A DNA stretch of 64,000 nucleotides from assembly GCF_009834535.1 (NCBI RefSeq), contig NC_045697.1:111912001-111976000 (forward strand). The letters are read 5' to 3'. The notes beneath the pieces are model-generated. The model was not told the origin of the DNA, did not search any database, and saw only the letters and a program-made list of their open reading frames with translations. Of this stretch, positions 13,316-26,573 are shown piece after piece. Position 1 is the first letter of the stretch. Each line of letters starts with the position of its first letter. The stretch comes from Camelus ferus. Lineage: Eukaryota. A program made the translations under genes and the position numbers.

Positions 13316-13786
13316 TGTAGGGGTTCAGAAGTGACTTCCCCAAATGTGCCACTTTTGCTTGAGGATTATTTTAAGCTAAAGGCCACTGAGACTTTGTGGG
13401 TTCAAGAGGAACCACTGCCTCTCCCTCAACTACCTAGAAGAGTTTAAATCGAGGATTTTTTTTTCCCCCAGGAGAAAGTTTCTATGGGAGATAAATTTTA
13501 TCTAAAAGGCCCCATCTATATGGGAAAACATTTAATAACCCAACATCCGCACTTCTTATTGTCCTGTGAATGACCCCCCTGTCCTTGGAAGCCCCAGCCC
13601 CCCATCCTAGTCCTCCCATGAGGTCTCATTTTACCTTTCTGTATCTAAACCTCTCATATATGTGGGGTCCCCTATGTATGAAACTGAACGTGATTTTTCT
13701 CCTGTTAATCTAGTCTTGTCAAGTTCTTTCTTAGACCAGCCAGAAGAACCTGGAAGGATAGAGGAAAGTTTTCTTCCTCCTCGGCA
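13316..13786 (+). mobile_element. MER34/MER39-like solo LTR
   Basis: tgtagggg..cagaa...gaggattattttaagctaaaggc start; tttctcctgttaatct...ttcctcctcggca end. Confidence 0.75.
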
Positions 13787-13913
13787 ATTATAATTAGCAA
13801 TCTCTATCACATTCTTTTAATGATTGCAAAATGTTGCAGGTGGCATTAGAACATCGTACACACATAACTTGCTCTATTTAAACCCTGCTCCCCCGATGAA
13901 CATTAATTGTAGT

Positions 13914-14122
13914 CCAAGTGGTGTCGAAGGTTACTTATAGCCTCTCATAAGTCCTTACTGTCACAGCTCTTCCTAACTCTGAGCCCAGCTGACATCATGT
14001 TGGTAGCTTGAAACCAGCCATGGTACGGTATTCATACCATGGAAACTGGCAAATACTACATGACAGTCTCCTTCCCCTTCCCCACCTTCACCCCGTCCCC
14101 ACCATTGACCAGTACGCCACTG
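13914..14122. mobile_element. MER63-like hAT-Blackjack element
   Basis: ttggtagcttgaaa..gccatgg...ggaaactggcaaatactaca; imperfect TIRs agtggtgt / acgccactg. Confidence 0.7.
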
Positions 14123-16132
14123 TGTTGTTCTCAATTTTTTGTTATAATATATAACATACTTATTTGCAAACTGTGAGGGTATTTCCAAAGAAATATCCTT
14201 AAAAGAAAAAGAAAAAAATCTTCACCCCAAAACAAAACAACAAATATCCCACATAAAATGTTTTTATTTATTCCTGCCAGGAGTTACCTCCTTCCTCCAA
14301 TCAGGTGATGACTCAGAAACTGAAGGGAAGTGGTTTGATCTCTTTATAGGGCATCCTTCCTCTCTCCTGCTGGGCCCCACTGAATGTAGGGACATATGTA
14401 CACGGAAAGCCGTGATGGAAATCTCTTGGCTTTAGACGTTCACTGGAAGGGAAAAAAAAAGATGGTTTTCCATACTTACCTCCCTTCAGTTCTTTCCTTC
14501 TTTAAGTGGACAAGTCACAGAGGGAAGGTGAAAGGAGATGCAAATTTGTACCCTAAGTCCCATCCCTATTCTTATTACAGCCAGAAAGCTGCTAATCACA
14601 TCACAAAACGAACTTCTATTGCTTTAGTATCTGAACACAGAGTGGGCTTGTAAAACGCAGATGAGTTCTTAAGGGTACAAAGAGACACACAAAGGAGCTG
14701 ATCTATCGGGGGGACATCTGGAGGGCTAATCAAGGATGAACGGGGAAGGGAGCAAGCTAATCCCCCAGGTCACTGCTGTCACCATCTCCTGTCCACCCCC
14801 CACCCCAAAGAGGAAGTATTGTTAAAGCCGCGTAGAAGGGAATCAAATGGCTGCTTTGTGCTGAATGGTTTTGTGCTATTCACGTTTGCCCTACATGTTT
14901 TGAAAAACTCAGATAATCTACTTGACAGTTTTAGATCCAGTTGTCATGTAGGGGTAAGAAGAGGGAAGAAAAGCCAGAATCTGGGATCTGGAGTAAGCCT
15001 GACTGAGGAGCCTGAAAGGAAAGGGGGCCAGGACAGAATAAAACACACTGAAACCTCATTTCCATCCCAGGGCCACATAGTACAGTTGATTTACAACCTC
15101 AAACACACAGCAGAATTTTAAGAAGAACACAGTTATATAGTTAGTTTATAGCAAAGTTCTAATTAAATCCTCAAATTTTACAGAAAAAAAATATGAAAGT
15201 GACCGTGATTATCCAAAGACTTATTTTAAGTAACTATGAGAGTAGTTGGAAGGGGAAACTAGAAAAAAAAAAAAAAAAGAGTAATTTCATTGGCTATTTC
15301 TTAGCGTCATGGAATATTACCTTAAGTGTATCTCTTTACCTGAGAAGTTGACACCTCCCTGTTTTCCTCCTTTTTTTTTTTTTTTTTTTTTGGAAGTTAT
15401 TGTGATCTTCGTTCTCATAAAGCAAACTCAGAATTTGCTGAAAATGTATGTTCTCTGCTTCTGATTGCTTGGAGAGCAAAAGAAAGTTGAGGTCAGACTG
15501 TGTTTCCTCTGGGTTGAGGTGAGTATGGCATTGCTAGAAAGGTTGAAGAAGGCAGACAATTGGTAAAACACTAAAACTGTATTCTTCTCCAGACAATGTT
15601 AATTAGGACTTGGCTCTACATAGATTTTTGAGGGAGCACATGTGGATCTGAAATGCTAGTTACAACTCGGAAAAAAGTTGAATATCACCAAAGCATTTTT
15701 TTTTCCTGTTCTCACTCATAACTTTTTAGTCTTTCCTTTTGGTTCCAGTCCATGAAATCTCATCCCCATGACCCTTTAGCAAGCTGAGTGCCCAACAAAA
15801 CTCAGTCATGGGTGACATTTAAATAGGCAGGAAAACTTTGATAGGGCTGCAGTTTTATTTTATTTATTTATTTAAAATTTAAATTTTTTTTTTTTTTTTT
15901 TTAGTTTTCTGACTGAAGTTATCTATAATTAGCATTTATTTCTCATGTAAAGAAGTATAAAAGTGCTTTGCCCATAGCTCCAGTGAGTGAGGCTTGCTAA
16001 TATCTCTCCAAGTAGATGCTGGGAGCAGGGCAATCCTTATCAAATCAAAGCCAAAAAGAGCAGAGTGATGCTGAAAGTATTTGTCGGCTATCACTAAAAG
16101 TTTTCTTCATCAGTTTGTGACAGTGACAATTC

Positions 16133-17153
16133 CTTTTTTTAAAATATATTTTTTATTGAAGTACAGTCAGTTTATAGTATTGTGTCAATTTCTGGTGTAC
16201 AGCACAATACTTCAGTCATACAGGAACATACATATATTCATTTTCATATTCTTTTTAACCGTAAGTTAACCTACAAGATACTGAATATAGCTCCCTGTGC
16301 TAATCAGTATAAACTTGTCGTTTATCTATTTTATATATAGTAGTTAGTATCTGCAAATCTGGACCTCCTAATTTATCCTTTCCCACCTCTTTTCCCCTGG
16401 TAACCATAAGTTTGTTTATTATGTCTGTCAATCTGTCTTTGTTTTGTAAGTAAGTGTGTCTTTTTTTTTCTAGTTTCCATGTATAAGTGATATCATATGG
16501 TATTTTTCTTTCTCTTTCTGACTTACTTCACTTAGAATGACATTCTCCAGTTCCATTCACGTTGTTGCAAAAGACATTATTTTATTCTTTTTTTATGGCT
16601 GAGTAGTACTCCATTGTATAAATATACCACTACTTTATCCAGTCCTCTGTTGACGGACATTTAGGTTGTTTCCATGTCTTGGCTATTGTAAATAGTGCTG
16701 CTATGAACATTGGGGTGCATGTATTTTTTTGAATTAAGGTTCCCTTTGGATATGTGCCCAGGAGTGGGATTGCTGGATCATATGCTAAGTCTATTTTTAG
16801 TCTTTTGAGCAATCTCCATACTGTTTTCCATAATGACTGCACCAAACTACATTCCCGCCAACAGTGTAGAAGGTTTCCCTCTTCTCCACACTCTCTCCAG
16901 CGTTTATTGTTTGTGGACTTTTGAATGATGGCCATTCTGACTGGTGTGAGGTGATATCTCATTGTAGTTTTGATTTGCATTTCTCTGATAATTAGCGATA
17001 CTGAGCATTTTTTCATATGCCTATTGGCCTTTTGTATGTCTTCACTGGAGAAATGCTTGTTTAGGTCTTCTGCCCATTTTTGGATTGGGTTGTTTGCTTT
17101 TTTTGTTTTTAAGTTGTATGAGCTGTTTATATATTCTAGAAATTAAGCTCTTG
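16133..17153 (-). mobile_element. 5'-truncated L1 (~1 kb) with intact 3' end
   Basis: ORF 16630-17016 is the L1 ORF2 C-terminus; perfect 14-bp TSD gacagtgacaattc at 16119-16132 and 17154-17167. Confidence 0.95.
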
Positions 17154-17420
17154 GACAGTGACAATTCTTGAATTATTCTCCTGTACTCATGGAATGTATA
17201 CCAAGTCCTGTATGGTTATAGGAATAGAGTGGTCACACCATGTAATTAGTATGATTTTTTAAAGTGGGGATGGCTTCATCTATTTCCTGGATAATGTATA
17301 TTATAAGTACATTTTTTTGGCTTTCTTCTAAACCCTTTTGTCATAGTTTCCTTTGACTATGAGGCATCCTTATTTTTAATGTGAATAACAGTTAGCATCC
17401 ACAATGATAAACATAGTGCT

Positions 17421-17545
17421 GGGTGGTGGAAGGTAGTGATAGAACACATGCTTAGCATGCACAGGGTCCTGGGTTCAATCCCCAGTACCTCCATTAAATA
17501 AATAAATAAATAAACTTAATTACCACCCCCACCAAAAAAAAAATT
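17421..17545 (+). mobile_element. vic-1-like SINE
   Basis: cttagcatgcacagggtcctgggttcaatccccagtacctcc plus (taaa)n tail. Confidence 0.88.
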
Positions 17546-18530
17546 TTTTTAAAAATCATTTTAAAAACTCTGCTGGGAAGGCATGAAACAGCCAAGGTAA
17601 ACAGAGCTATGGCCTTTTCCAGTGGAATAATCACAGCTGTAATGAAATCCCGGTCCTGTGGTTTAGGCTGGGAAGTTTGCAAATTAGTCAGAAAGGCACA
17701 CTGCTCCTTTGCTTCCAATCATATGATCTACAGTACTGCTGTCATGATCGCCATGTACCCATACCTATATAGTCCTGAGCACCTTAGCCCTTTGAATAGT
17801 ACTCCCTTGTTCCAAATAAAGCAAAGCTTCCCATCAGCTGCTCTGCTTGGCTTTCCTGCTGCCTGAACAGGACTGAGCATGGCTGGTTTTAGTATTGCTG
17901 GTCAGGGCTGTCGCCTACACGGTTTCTTTCCATTGTGCCTTCCAGCTGCTTTCAGATTTCCCAGGTCTCAGCAGTAATATCACTTGACTAAATACAAATG
18001 CTTTCCTCACTGCTCACAGTTTATGGCAATGGGAAAAGGAGTTTAAATTATCTGGCGTTTGAGTGATCCTGGAGGTCCTTTTGTGTGTCTACTATGCACA
18101 CAAATGGTTAAGGGCATTTTGTTGCAACAAGGAAGAAATAGTTCTAAAGAAGAACTTTATTTTTTTCTGTCTTTTGTTGTATAGAAGTAGTAACGGATTT
18201 AAATAACACAAACAAAATTGCCCTGGAAACTGAAAGTAAGCCATGGGCATAGAAGAACTATCTGGATATTGATAATGGCTACCATTTTCTGGTCTTTTCC
18301 TGTGGACCAGTCACTGAGCTTTATACACATGACAGCTTTTACACTTTTCAACAGTAGTAGGAACTGGCTGTTAATTGTGATCCTCATCTTCCCCATGAGG
18401 AAAAAAAGACAGGCTGGGAGAGATGCAGCAGCTGGTCCATAGTCTCAGGGACAGCAGGCATTTAATAGTTTACTTATTTTTATAAAATACAAACATAAAA
18501 TATAAAATAATAAAAATAATAAAAGTATTT

Positions 18531-18565
18531 TACGCTTGATCTTAGCCAAAAGGCCAAGAAGCAAT
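18531..18565 (-). pseudogene. U2 snRNA 3'-truncated retropseudogene (nt 1-35)
   Basis: Reverse complement is ATTGCTTCTTGGCCTTTTGGCTAAGATCAAGCGTA vs U2 5' end ATCGCTTCTCGGCCTTTTGGCTAAGATCAAGTGTA (3 mismatches). Flanked by a 15-bp TSD ataataaa(ag/gt)tattt. Confidence 0.92.
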
Positions 18566-18735
18566 ATAATAAAGTTATTTTAAATAATAACATACTACTA
18601 GAAAAATGGTTTTGAGAGTGTGATACATTCTGGAAAGGAGTGTGCTTTCCCAGAAGGGAACAGTGGTCAGTCTCTGAGGCTTCCCAGGCAGCCTCACATA
18701 TGGGGAAACAGATGTTTTTATAAAAGAAGTGTTTT

Positions 18736-18876
18736 GGTGGGGAGAGAGTATAGCTCAGTGGCAGAGCCCATGCTTAGCAGGCACGAGGTCCTGGATTCAA
18801 TCCCCAGTACCTCCATTAAAAAAAAATAAATAAACCTACTCCCCCCCACCAAAAAAAAAAAGTAGGAAAAAAAAAT
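18736..18876 (+). mobile_element. vic-1-like SINE
   Basis: SINE core; TSD gaagtgttt at 18726-18734 and 18877-18885. Confidence 0.9.
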
Positions 18877-19702
18877 GAAGTGTTTAGTATCTTTAGGTCC
18901 ATGTAATGTCTTTCTCTGTTCAGAAGTTGGGCCCTTAAATGCACCATGTTTTTTCCTGTTTTCTCAGAATTTGGGGTGTCAATACATTACTTAGTGAATA
19001 ATCTTCTGGACTCTTCTGGAATCTGTTTTAACTCTGAAACCAGTTCTTCTGACAAGCAGCATGTCCTCTTTTGAAAATATTCAAACTAGTTTAAATTTAA
19101 ATTGGGAAATTTTACCTCTGAGTCACTCGACGTGTCTTTAATACGTCTCCCGCCCCCGCCCCTCAAACCTAATCCTGACAGATTTACTCACCTGTTGAAG
19201 AAGGGCTGACATTTCCCCATCTGAGGCTCACTTTTGGGAAACTGAGAGATCTTTTCATCAATATTTTATGGAGCTTTTCTGGCCTGTGCAAAAATACTGG
19301 GACGCTGCATACTTTTAAACTAGGGGACCACTTATTTTTCTGAATGTGCTCTGAGTTTGTATGTGAATGTTTGCAGGTATGAATTGGGTCCTCCAAGAGC
19401 TTAAAGCCCCCTTTGTATGTGCAGTGGTTACCTGGTATTAATTAAGGCATCTACCACGAGAAGGAATAAAGTGACTAGGAAGCTGTCAGGACACACGGGA
19501 ATTTAGGGATTATGGTTCCTTTGTTTCTACATTCCCTGAACATAAAACTTTTCTGATGTTAGTATGTGCTTGTTTACCTTTTAACTGAGTAAATGAAAGT
19601 AAAAGCTTTTTCAAGTAACAAACCAGGAAATACTTTGACAGTAGATTTTGTGATTAAGTTACGTGTATGGACAGGTTGCCATTACTTTATTATTAATATG
19701 CA

Positions 19703-19838
19703 TTTTTATTTTTTAAATTTTTTTTGGAGGGAGTAATTAGGTTTATTTAGTTATTTAATTTTTAATGGGGGTATTAGGGATTAAACCCAGAACCTCATGC
19801 ATGCTGAGCATGCACTCTTCCTCTGAGCTCTACCCTCT
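19703..19838 (-). mobile_element. vic-1-like SINE (diverged)
   Basis: ggggattaaacccagaacctcatgcatgctgagcatgc...tgagctctaccctc. Confidence 0.85.
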
Positions 19839-20751
19839 CACATACATTATTATTTTTAAAAAAAACTACTGAACAGCCAAATACAAGGTAGACCCTAACG
19901 TCTTGATTTTTTTATCCTCTCCAAATGCATTTTGTATGAATAATCTGAAGTCTTTCCCCTTCAGTGAGCCGTAAGACAAAATTCCACATCACATATGAGA
20001 TTTCTTGTCCCTCACATTGAGGCCTTGCAAGATTAAGTAGTAAAATGACAGTGTGGCTTAGCACAGAGTAGCCTGAAATGGCAGGTAAAATAACTAGTCT
20101 TGGTCTTATTAAAAATGATCCATTCGTTGCTATGAGAAAAATTTTAACTGCTTTATACTTCAAAGTCATCACAAACATGCCTTTGGAATTACTATGTCAT
20201 TACCATATGTGATGGTAATAACCACATTTGAATGGATCTTTTCTTTATATTATGAAAAACTCTTTTAATTTTCAGTTTTATGTTACACATATGGATGCTT
20301 TTGAAAATGACAAGTTTTTGCACAATGAGCGGCAGCTAAGGTCAAAGGCCTCAGTGCATGTGTGGTTTCATGTGTTACAACCCAGTGTTCTTATCTGCAT
20401 TAGCTATTTGACATTTTTATTCTAGGAATTGTTGATTTTAGTTATCAGGTTATCAGTTATCAAATTTGACTCTGAATCCTTTTATTTTTGCTCATGAGTC
20501 CACAAAAATCTAGTTTGAAACAATCATTTTAGAGACCGGAAAAAAGCATAGTGGTCTATTTGATAAATTATCAAAACTTGGAAATTAAGAAGAAATGAAA
20601 GATATTTATTAAAAAAAATTTAGATTTCCATCATAAGCTTTGTGATATGAATATAATCCAGTAACATTTACTGTGAGTCCCTGATCCTGACAGAGACTCA
20701 TCTGATACTGAAGTTAAGATAGAATGTGTTCCTAGATTCAGCTAAACCCAG

Positions 20752-20825
20752 GTTTTTTGTTTTTGTTTTTAACTGAAGTATAGTTGGTTTACAGTGCTGT
20801 GTTAGTTTCTGGTATACAGCTTAGT
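20752..20825 (-). mobile_element. Very short L1 3' terminus
   Basis: poly-T + ctgaagtatagttggtttacagtg; diverged TSD tcag(c/a)taaac(c/t)cag. Confidence 0.75.
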
Positions 20826-23127
20826 CAGATAAACTCAGTTTTTAATGATGTTTTATTCAGATTATACTTACCTTCATGCTTTCAAAGAACAAATAAATCA
20901 TTACAGTTCTTCCATCAAAGTCAAATAAATGAATGTGACTACTTCACCACCAGAAATATTTGATATATTTCTTTAAGACAGGACCCCCAAGGCAATATTC
21001 AAAAGCACTCAATAAATTTACAAGTCAATTTAGTGCCAGTCTCTACAGATGCTTTAAACAGTCTTCATTAAATTACTGTGGAAAAATGTGGAGTCTATCA
21101 ACCTGCATTCCCAGACCTTTTGCCACTCATTTAGGGGCCATTGAAACAATGATATGAGGTTTATTTAACTACTGTCCCTGGCCACCGTCATTAACTAAGA
21201 AAGATAAGTAAACATTGATAAGACATCAGAGGGCCTTTTACAAATGTCTTAGTTCTTGGAAAAGCTCATGTTTCAGATCCAGTAAAAGAGAAAGAAACTC
21301 TTCCTGCCCTCTACCTCCTCCCACTTCTTTCCTCCTCCCTCTCCCTTCTCCGCCCCCACCCTTAATATCCACCAGGACACCTGTTTCTCAGGTGGACAGG
21401 GGCTCGGTTTCTTTAGATGCACTTCTGACTCAAAAGATCAAAGGATGTGCGGTCTCTTTCCTGACTGTGGTGCAGGGTAACCACAGACAGATTTCACACC
21501 AGGCTCGGGGAAGCCTTGGCACACTGGATCTTCCTTCCCACCTGGAAACGACATCCGGCAGACGTTTGCCATCATGCCGTTGCCCCTTCATAGGATGGCA
21601 AGTCAGGCATCTTACAAATGAAAAACCTGCCACATGTGAACATTTGCTTTACTTTTATCCAAGTGGAGGGGGAGTCTCATGCTTTTAAAAACAGAAACAA
21701 ATAACAAGAACAAAAAAAATTTTGAATAGAATCATATTTTATACCAACTTTGTGAAAGTATCATTTTAGTCAGTGGAGCTGGAGTTAGGGTTTCATTAAG
21801 ACAAGCCTATTAGCAGGAAATTCAAATAGAATTGACTGGGGATTTATTCCAGTCATAAGACATCAGCATCTCTGAAAATTACCTTGAGTGATGAGACAGG
21901 CCGAGAGGGAGGAAAGAGCACTGGGGGCAGGAGGACATGGGAGCAGGAGGTAGACACAGCCTAGGGAGTGTCGGGACTTAAAGACGGTCAACAGGGCCAA
22001 GACCGGGAGTGAAGGTGAACATGGTCTGAGAGGAAGACACAGATTTTGGAGGGCTTTGCTGGCTGAGTTTAGCTTTATCATGAACAGGGTGGAAAGACAT
22101 TGAAGAGTTTTAAGGTGTGTGTGTTGTGGGATGGAGGATGTTGGGGGATGGCTGAAGTGAACACATTTTTGAGATCACCCTGTTGTTGGACCTGGTGGAG
22201 AACAAGGGAAGGGAGCCAGTGCTCCTGGGGGTCCCTGTGTCTGATGAGAAGTGGGTGTGGGTGGTGACGCCAGAGAGAGGCAAAGTGGCTGGATTAGACC
22301 TCTAAGGTCCTTGGAGTCTCAAAAGTATAAGGAAAGACATAGGAAAGTAATTTTATGAGTAATGGAAGACATACTGAAGATAAAATGAGAAAGATTATGC
22401 TTTGTTTTGTACATGGCACAAAGCCTAGTTTTTATTATGGTTTCTAATCTCTAACATACAAGATGCAAAATGTTATAATTCATTTTAGGAATCCTGGAAA
22501 AACTCTAACTCAAATGAGTATATATCCGATAACATATACTGAGAAATTAAGATTAATGGAGGCTTTTTTTTAGATAGTTAACTTTAAATTTCTTACATGA
22601 TTAGGCCAAGGAAGATATTTTTGTATTTATTGCAATAATTTAATTGGAATATTTAATCAAAATTACAGATCTTTCTTTTTTTTCTGAATTCTTTTGTACA
22701 ACATGATGCCAGGATATAATTAGTGAAATTACTCTTGTTTGACCCATGAAAATTCCTGGCTGAGAAGCCAGTATAAATTGGTCTACAGGGGACTCACATG
22801 TGTTCTCCATGTGGTCTCAGTTGTTAAGTTTTGTTAATTAAACCACAGTAAAAATAGCAGTGACAGCAAAGTGCTCATGCTTTCCTGAGTGCAAAGGAAT
22901 TTTTTCGTAATAAAAAGGGTTTGCTGTGGCTGACAAGCCTTCATAAGTTCTCAGTCATGACTCAGTTCCTGCACTGCGCCTGTAAGAAGCAGCTTGAGTT
23001 TCCTACATAGAACTGATTCCAGGGCTTAGACTGTCGAGGGGGACAATGAAGCATGTTCTGTTTCTTTCTAGAAGACTCTGAGGTCATCCTGTCTTTTCCA
23101 GACTTTTATTTAGAATGTATCTGTTGA

Positions 23128-23407
23128 GATTCACAGACATAGAAAACAAACTTATGGTTACCAGGGCGGGAAGAGGGTGGGAAGGGATAAATTGGGAGTT
23201 TGAGATTAGCAGATACTAACTACTATACATAAAATAGATAAACAACAAGTTTATACTGTATAGCACAGGGAGCTATATTCAGTATCTTACAGTAATTTAT
23301 GTTGAAAAAGAATCTGAAGACATATGTGTATGTACATGTATGACTGAAACATGCTGTACACTAGAAATTGACACATTGTAAACTGACTAGACTTCAATAA
23401 AAAAAAG
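23128..23407 (+). mobile_element. L1 3'UTR fragment with poly(A)
   Basis: ttcacagacatagaaaacaaacttatggttacc...cttcaataaaaaaaa; matches 51920-52210. Confidence 0.92.
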
Positions 23408-23552
23408 AAGCTAATATAATAATGGCTTTGTGAATAGTTTCCTTCACTAATATATTATGAATGTATGTACTTACCTGTGACTAGGTTGCAGTGAAAATAA
23501 ACTTTGTATTGTGTGTTGCTATCAAAAAAATTTTTTTAAAAATATGTTTTGA

Positions 23553-23756
23553 GACACACTACTATATATAAAATAAACAAGGACCTACTGTATAGCACAG
23601 GGAACTATATTCAATTTCTTGTAATAACATATAATGGAAAATAATCTGAAAATATATGTTTTCTATATGTATGTTATCTGTATAACTGAATTGCTTTGCT
23701 GTACACCTGAATCTGTCACTGTAAATCAACTACACTTGAATAAATTTAAAAAAACA
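23553..23756 (+). mobile_element. Second L1 3'UTR fragment (different subfamily)
   Basis: acaaggacctactgtatagcacagggaactatattcaa...tgtaaatcaactacacttgaataaa. Confidence 0.88.
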
Positions 23757-24849
23757 AATGTATCTGTTGAAAATGTAACCTTTTGTGCTATTTTCTTTTT
23801 GTTGTTGTTGTTTTAAAATGTACATAATTTCCTCCTCTGCTCCCTTCCCCAACAGCCCTGCTTCTAGTCACAGGACCTAAACAAAAGTAGGGTCAATCTT
23901 GAGTCCTTGGTCGGAAAGATGTTGGTTGATACTCCACAATTCCCACCTTAGGGGCCTCTGCAGCCAGGGTCCCCTGCTTTCCAGTGACCCTCAAGGAGTA
24001 ACTGAATCTCCTCTGCCAGGTATTAAGAGAGTTATTAGTTCTTTCAAAGAATCTAGGTATATTATGAGATACTCATTCAAGCACCCCTCCCCAGCCCAGA
24101 GCACACACGACTGCCTAAGATCCTAACATCCTACATGGACCATTTCCAGGGAACTGGGTGAAGTTCGACCAAAGGGTTAAACCTCTGGGGTTGAAATTTT
24201 ATCACTCCTCCTGCAGACATAAATTTGTGGTCCAAGGTGTACAGATTTCCATCCATACCTACAAATTATTTTATTTATGATTTTCTGCGCCAGTTTCTAC
24301 CTCTCCTTTGGAGAATGCCTTTTTCCTCACTGAAAGGTAATTTGAAATCTTCAGTGTGGGTAGGAAGTCCCTTCTTATTTCATTAATAACTTGATTACTT
24401 TACTAATAAAAGCTCATTTAAAATTTTTTAGTGTCTGAATTTAATTTTTAAAATCTTATGCAGTCTGGCCTCTAATTTGCTTGTCCTTTTTGAAGTCTCG
24501 TATGAAGCAGTGACAATGTCCTACAAATGTTTCCTTGTATTGATGCTTCAAGGTGGGTGAAATTCCATAAAATGGGACTTCCTAAGTGTGACAGCATGAC
24601 AGAGTCTCCTGGACTTCTCAAAAGTGCAAATTCCCAGGTTTCACTTAGACCTATTAAATCAAACTTCCAGGGGTGGGGGTAGGGGGTGAGGCTTGAATGT
24701 TTGCACTTTTAAAATGCTTCCCAAACGATTCTGATGTAACCATCCACTTATTTACAGAGTGCCTTTGGGAGCCTTTGGGGATGGGAGGGTGGGTCAGAAT
24801 TAATTTACTTAGAAGTCCTGTATCTTTGGAAGTGAAAATCATTTTAGGA

Positions 24850-25256
24850 TGTTGTTATGGGTTGAATAGTGTCCCTGCCGTCACCCCCACCCCATGCTCT
24901 GAAATTCACGTGTTGAAGTTCCAACCTCCAGTCCCTCAGAGTGCAACCATATTTGGAGAGAAGGTCTTTAGGGAAGTGATTCAGTTAAAGTGAAGTTGTT
25001 AGAGGGCTGCCCAAATTCTATACAACTGGTGTCCTTTACAAGGAGGGGAAGAGACATTGGGCACCAGGACACAGAGGGGCAGCCACGAAGAGACGCCGGG
25101 AACAGATGCTTCCCTCGTAGTCCTCAGGAGAAGCCAACCCTGCCAACCGCTTTACATTGGACTTCTGGTCTCCAGAACGAAGAGAAAATAAATCTCCGTT
25201 GGTTAAAACCACCCAGTCTGTGATATTTTGTTATGGCAGCAAGCAAAGTAATATAG
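24850..25256 (+). mobile_element. MLT1B-like LTR
   Basis: tgttatgggttgaatagtgtccc...tttggagagaaggtcttta...aaaataaat...ttgttatggcagc. Confidence 0.8.
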
Positions 25257-25419
25257 ATGTCATATACTATTGGGAAAGGCCATGTAACAGTGAAAATATA
25301 GTTTTTAAATTTGGTGGCAGCTATAGTGTTAATTAAAAATTTTTTTAAAAATCTACTTTCAGGAATTAAATACATTCTTTTGGGTTCTGATAGGATGGGA
25401 TTAAGCATTTTAAAAACTG

Positions 25420-25572
25420 GATTACCTGTTTATTATAAAAGAGTAACTCAAGAATAGTTGTTTGGAAGAAACTCATAAGGCAAGGTATGGGGAAAGGGCA
25501 CAGAGCTTCAGCGCTGTCGCTGAGCACATCACTCTCCCCAAATCTCCACATGTTCACCAACCTGGAAACACC
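25420..25572. mobile_element. MER21-like LTR fragment
   Basis: ggcaaggtatggggaaagggcacagagctt...ctccacatgttcaccaacctggaa. Confidence 0.6.
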
Positions 25573-26573
25573 ATACATACATCATTTAAAAATATCTGGG
25601 TAATGTAGATCTCTGGGATAATTTCCTAAAAGTAGAAGTGCTAGGTCAAAGGGACAGGCCTTTGTGATTTTATTAGAGATTTGGTAAACTGCCTTCCACG
25701 GAGATTGTATCAACATATAATTTCACCAGTCATGCATAAGTATTTGTTTCTCTACATCTTCAGCAACATGAGGTGTTAAGTAGTCCACATCTATGTAATA
25801 TGACTTCTTTCCTAAGATTGTCATACTCTCAAAAGTTGAATGAATTCTGAGGAACATACAAAGAACACCATTTTCTTTTTAGAATGCATTTGTGTTTTAT
25901 TTCTTTAAGAAATTATAAACCCAATGTGGTAAAATGTTAACATTTGATAATTTGTAGGCATTTATTGTATTTTTTTCTCCATACTTTCCAGGGTATTTGA
26001 AATATAATTTAAAATTTCAATATACATAATAAAAAGGAAATAAAATCATTCACACATAACCACTTCAAATAATTTGGTGTACAGCAGGAATTTGTATATA
26101 TATAATTTATATGTATATTCATGTCTTAAAAAAAATGGGGTCACATTATCCATATTGTTTCCAAGCTAGAGAATAGCATTTTTGTAATCAGCTTCCTAAG
26201 AAGGTGAAATGATTAGAACAAGGACAAATATGGCATGACACATCAGATTGAAAAAAAAAAAACAAAAACCTGAGGCAGATGATAATTAAATGAAAAATTA
26301 ATAGGAGAGAAATTATTGGAAAAAAACATTTACATAGACCTCATGCAAAAAAGGGCAGAAAGAATGGGCAAAGATTTAAAACATTTTTGCTTAGTGCCCC
26401 CACCTCATTCAGAGTGATAAAAGTTTTTTTTCAGGTCTAGATATTCCGTCATCCCTTAACCCCCTGTAAATCTGAGTCAACTTCTTTCTTGGATTTTTTT
26501 TTTTGCCTCAGTCATATACCAGAAGCTTTTCTCGACTGGCATTCTGTGAGAGAATTAAGCTCTAATTACCTAT

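Noticed and set aside
15715..15763. Minus-strand ATGAGATTTCA start resembling APELA (MRFQQ...), the expected neighbour gene
   Set aside because: Translates MRFHGLEPKGKTKKL* with no signal peptide. I found no CMPLHSRVPFP-like coding sequence, so APELA is probably outside the window.
21215..21688. Longest ORFs in the track (157 aa here; 154 aa at 53515-53979; 134 aa at 6422-6826)
   Set aside because: Non-ATG starts, low-complexity or repeat-derived composition, and no recognisable domain.
14470..23480. Several consensus minus-strand splice donors (~14475, 19187, 20866, 23469)
   Set aside because: A few such 7-mers are expected by chance in 64 kb; no matching acceptors with coherent reading frames were found.
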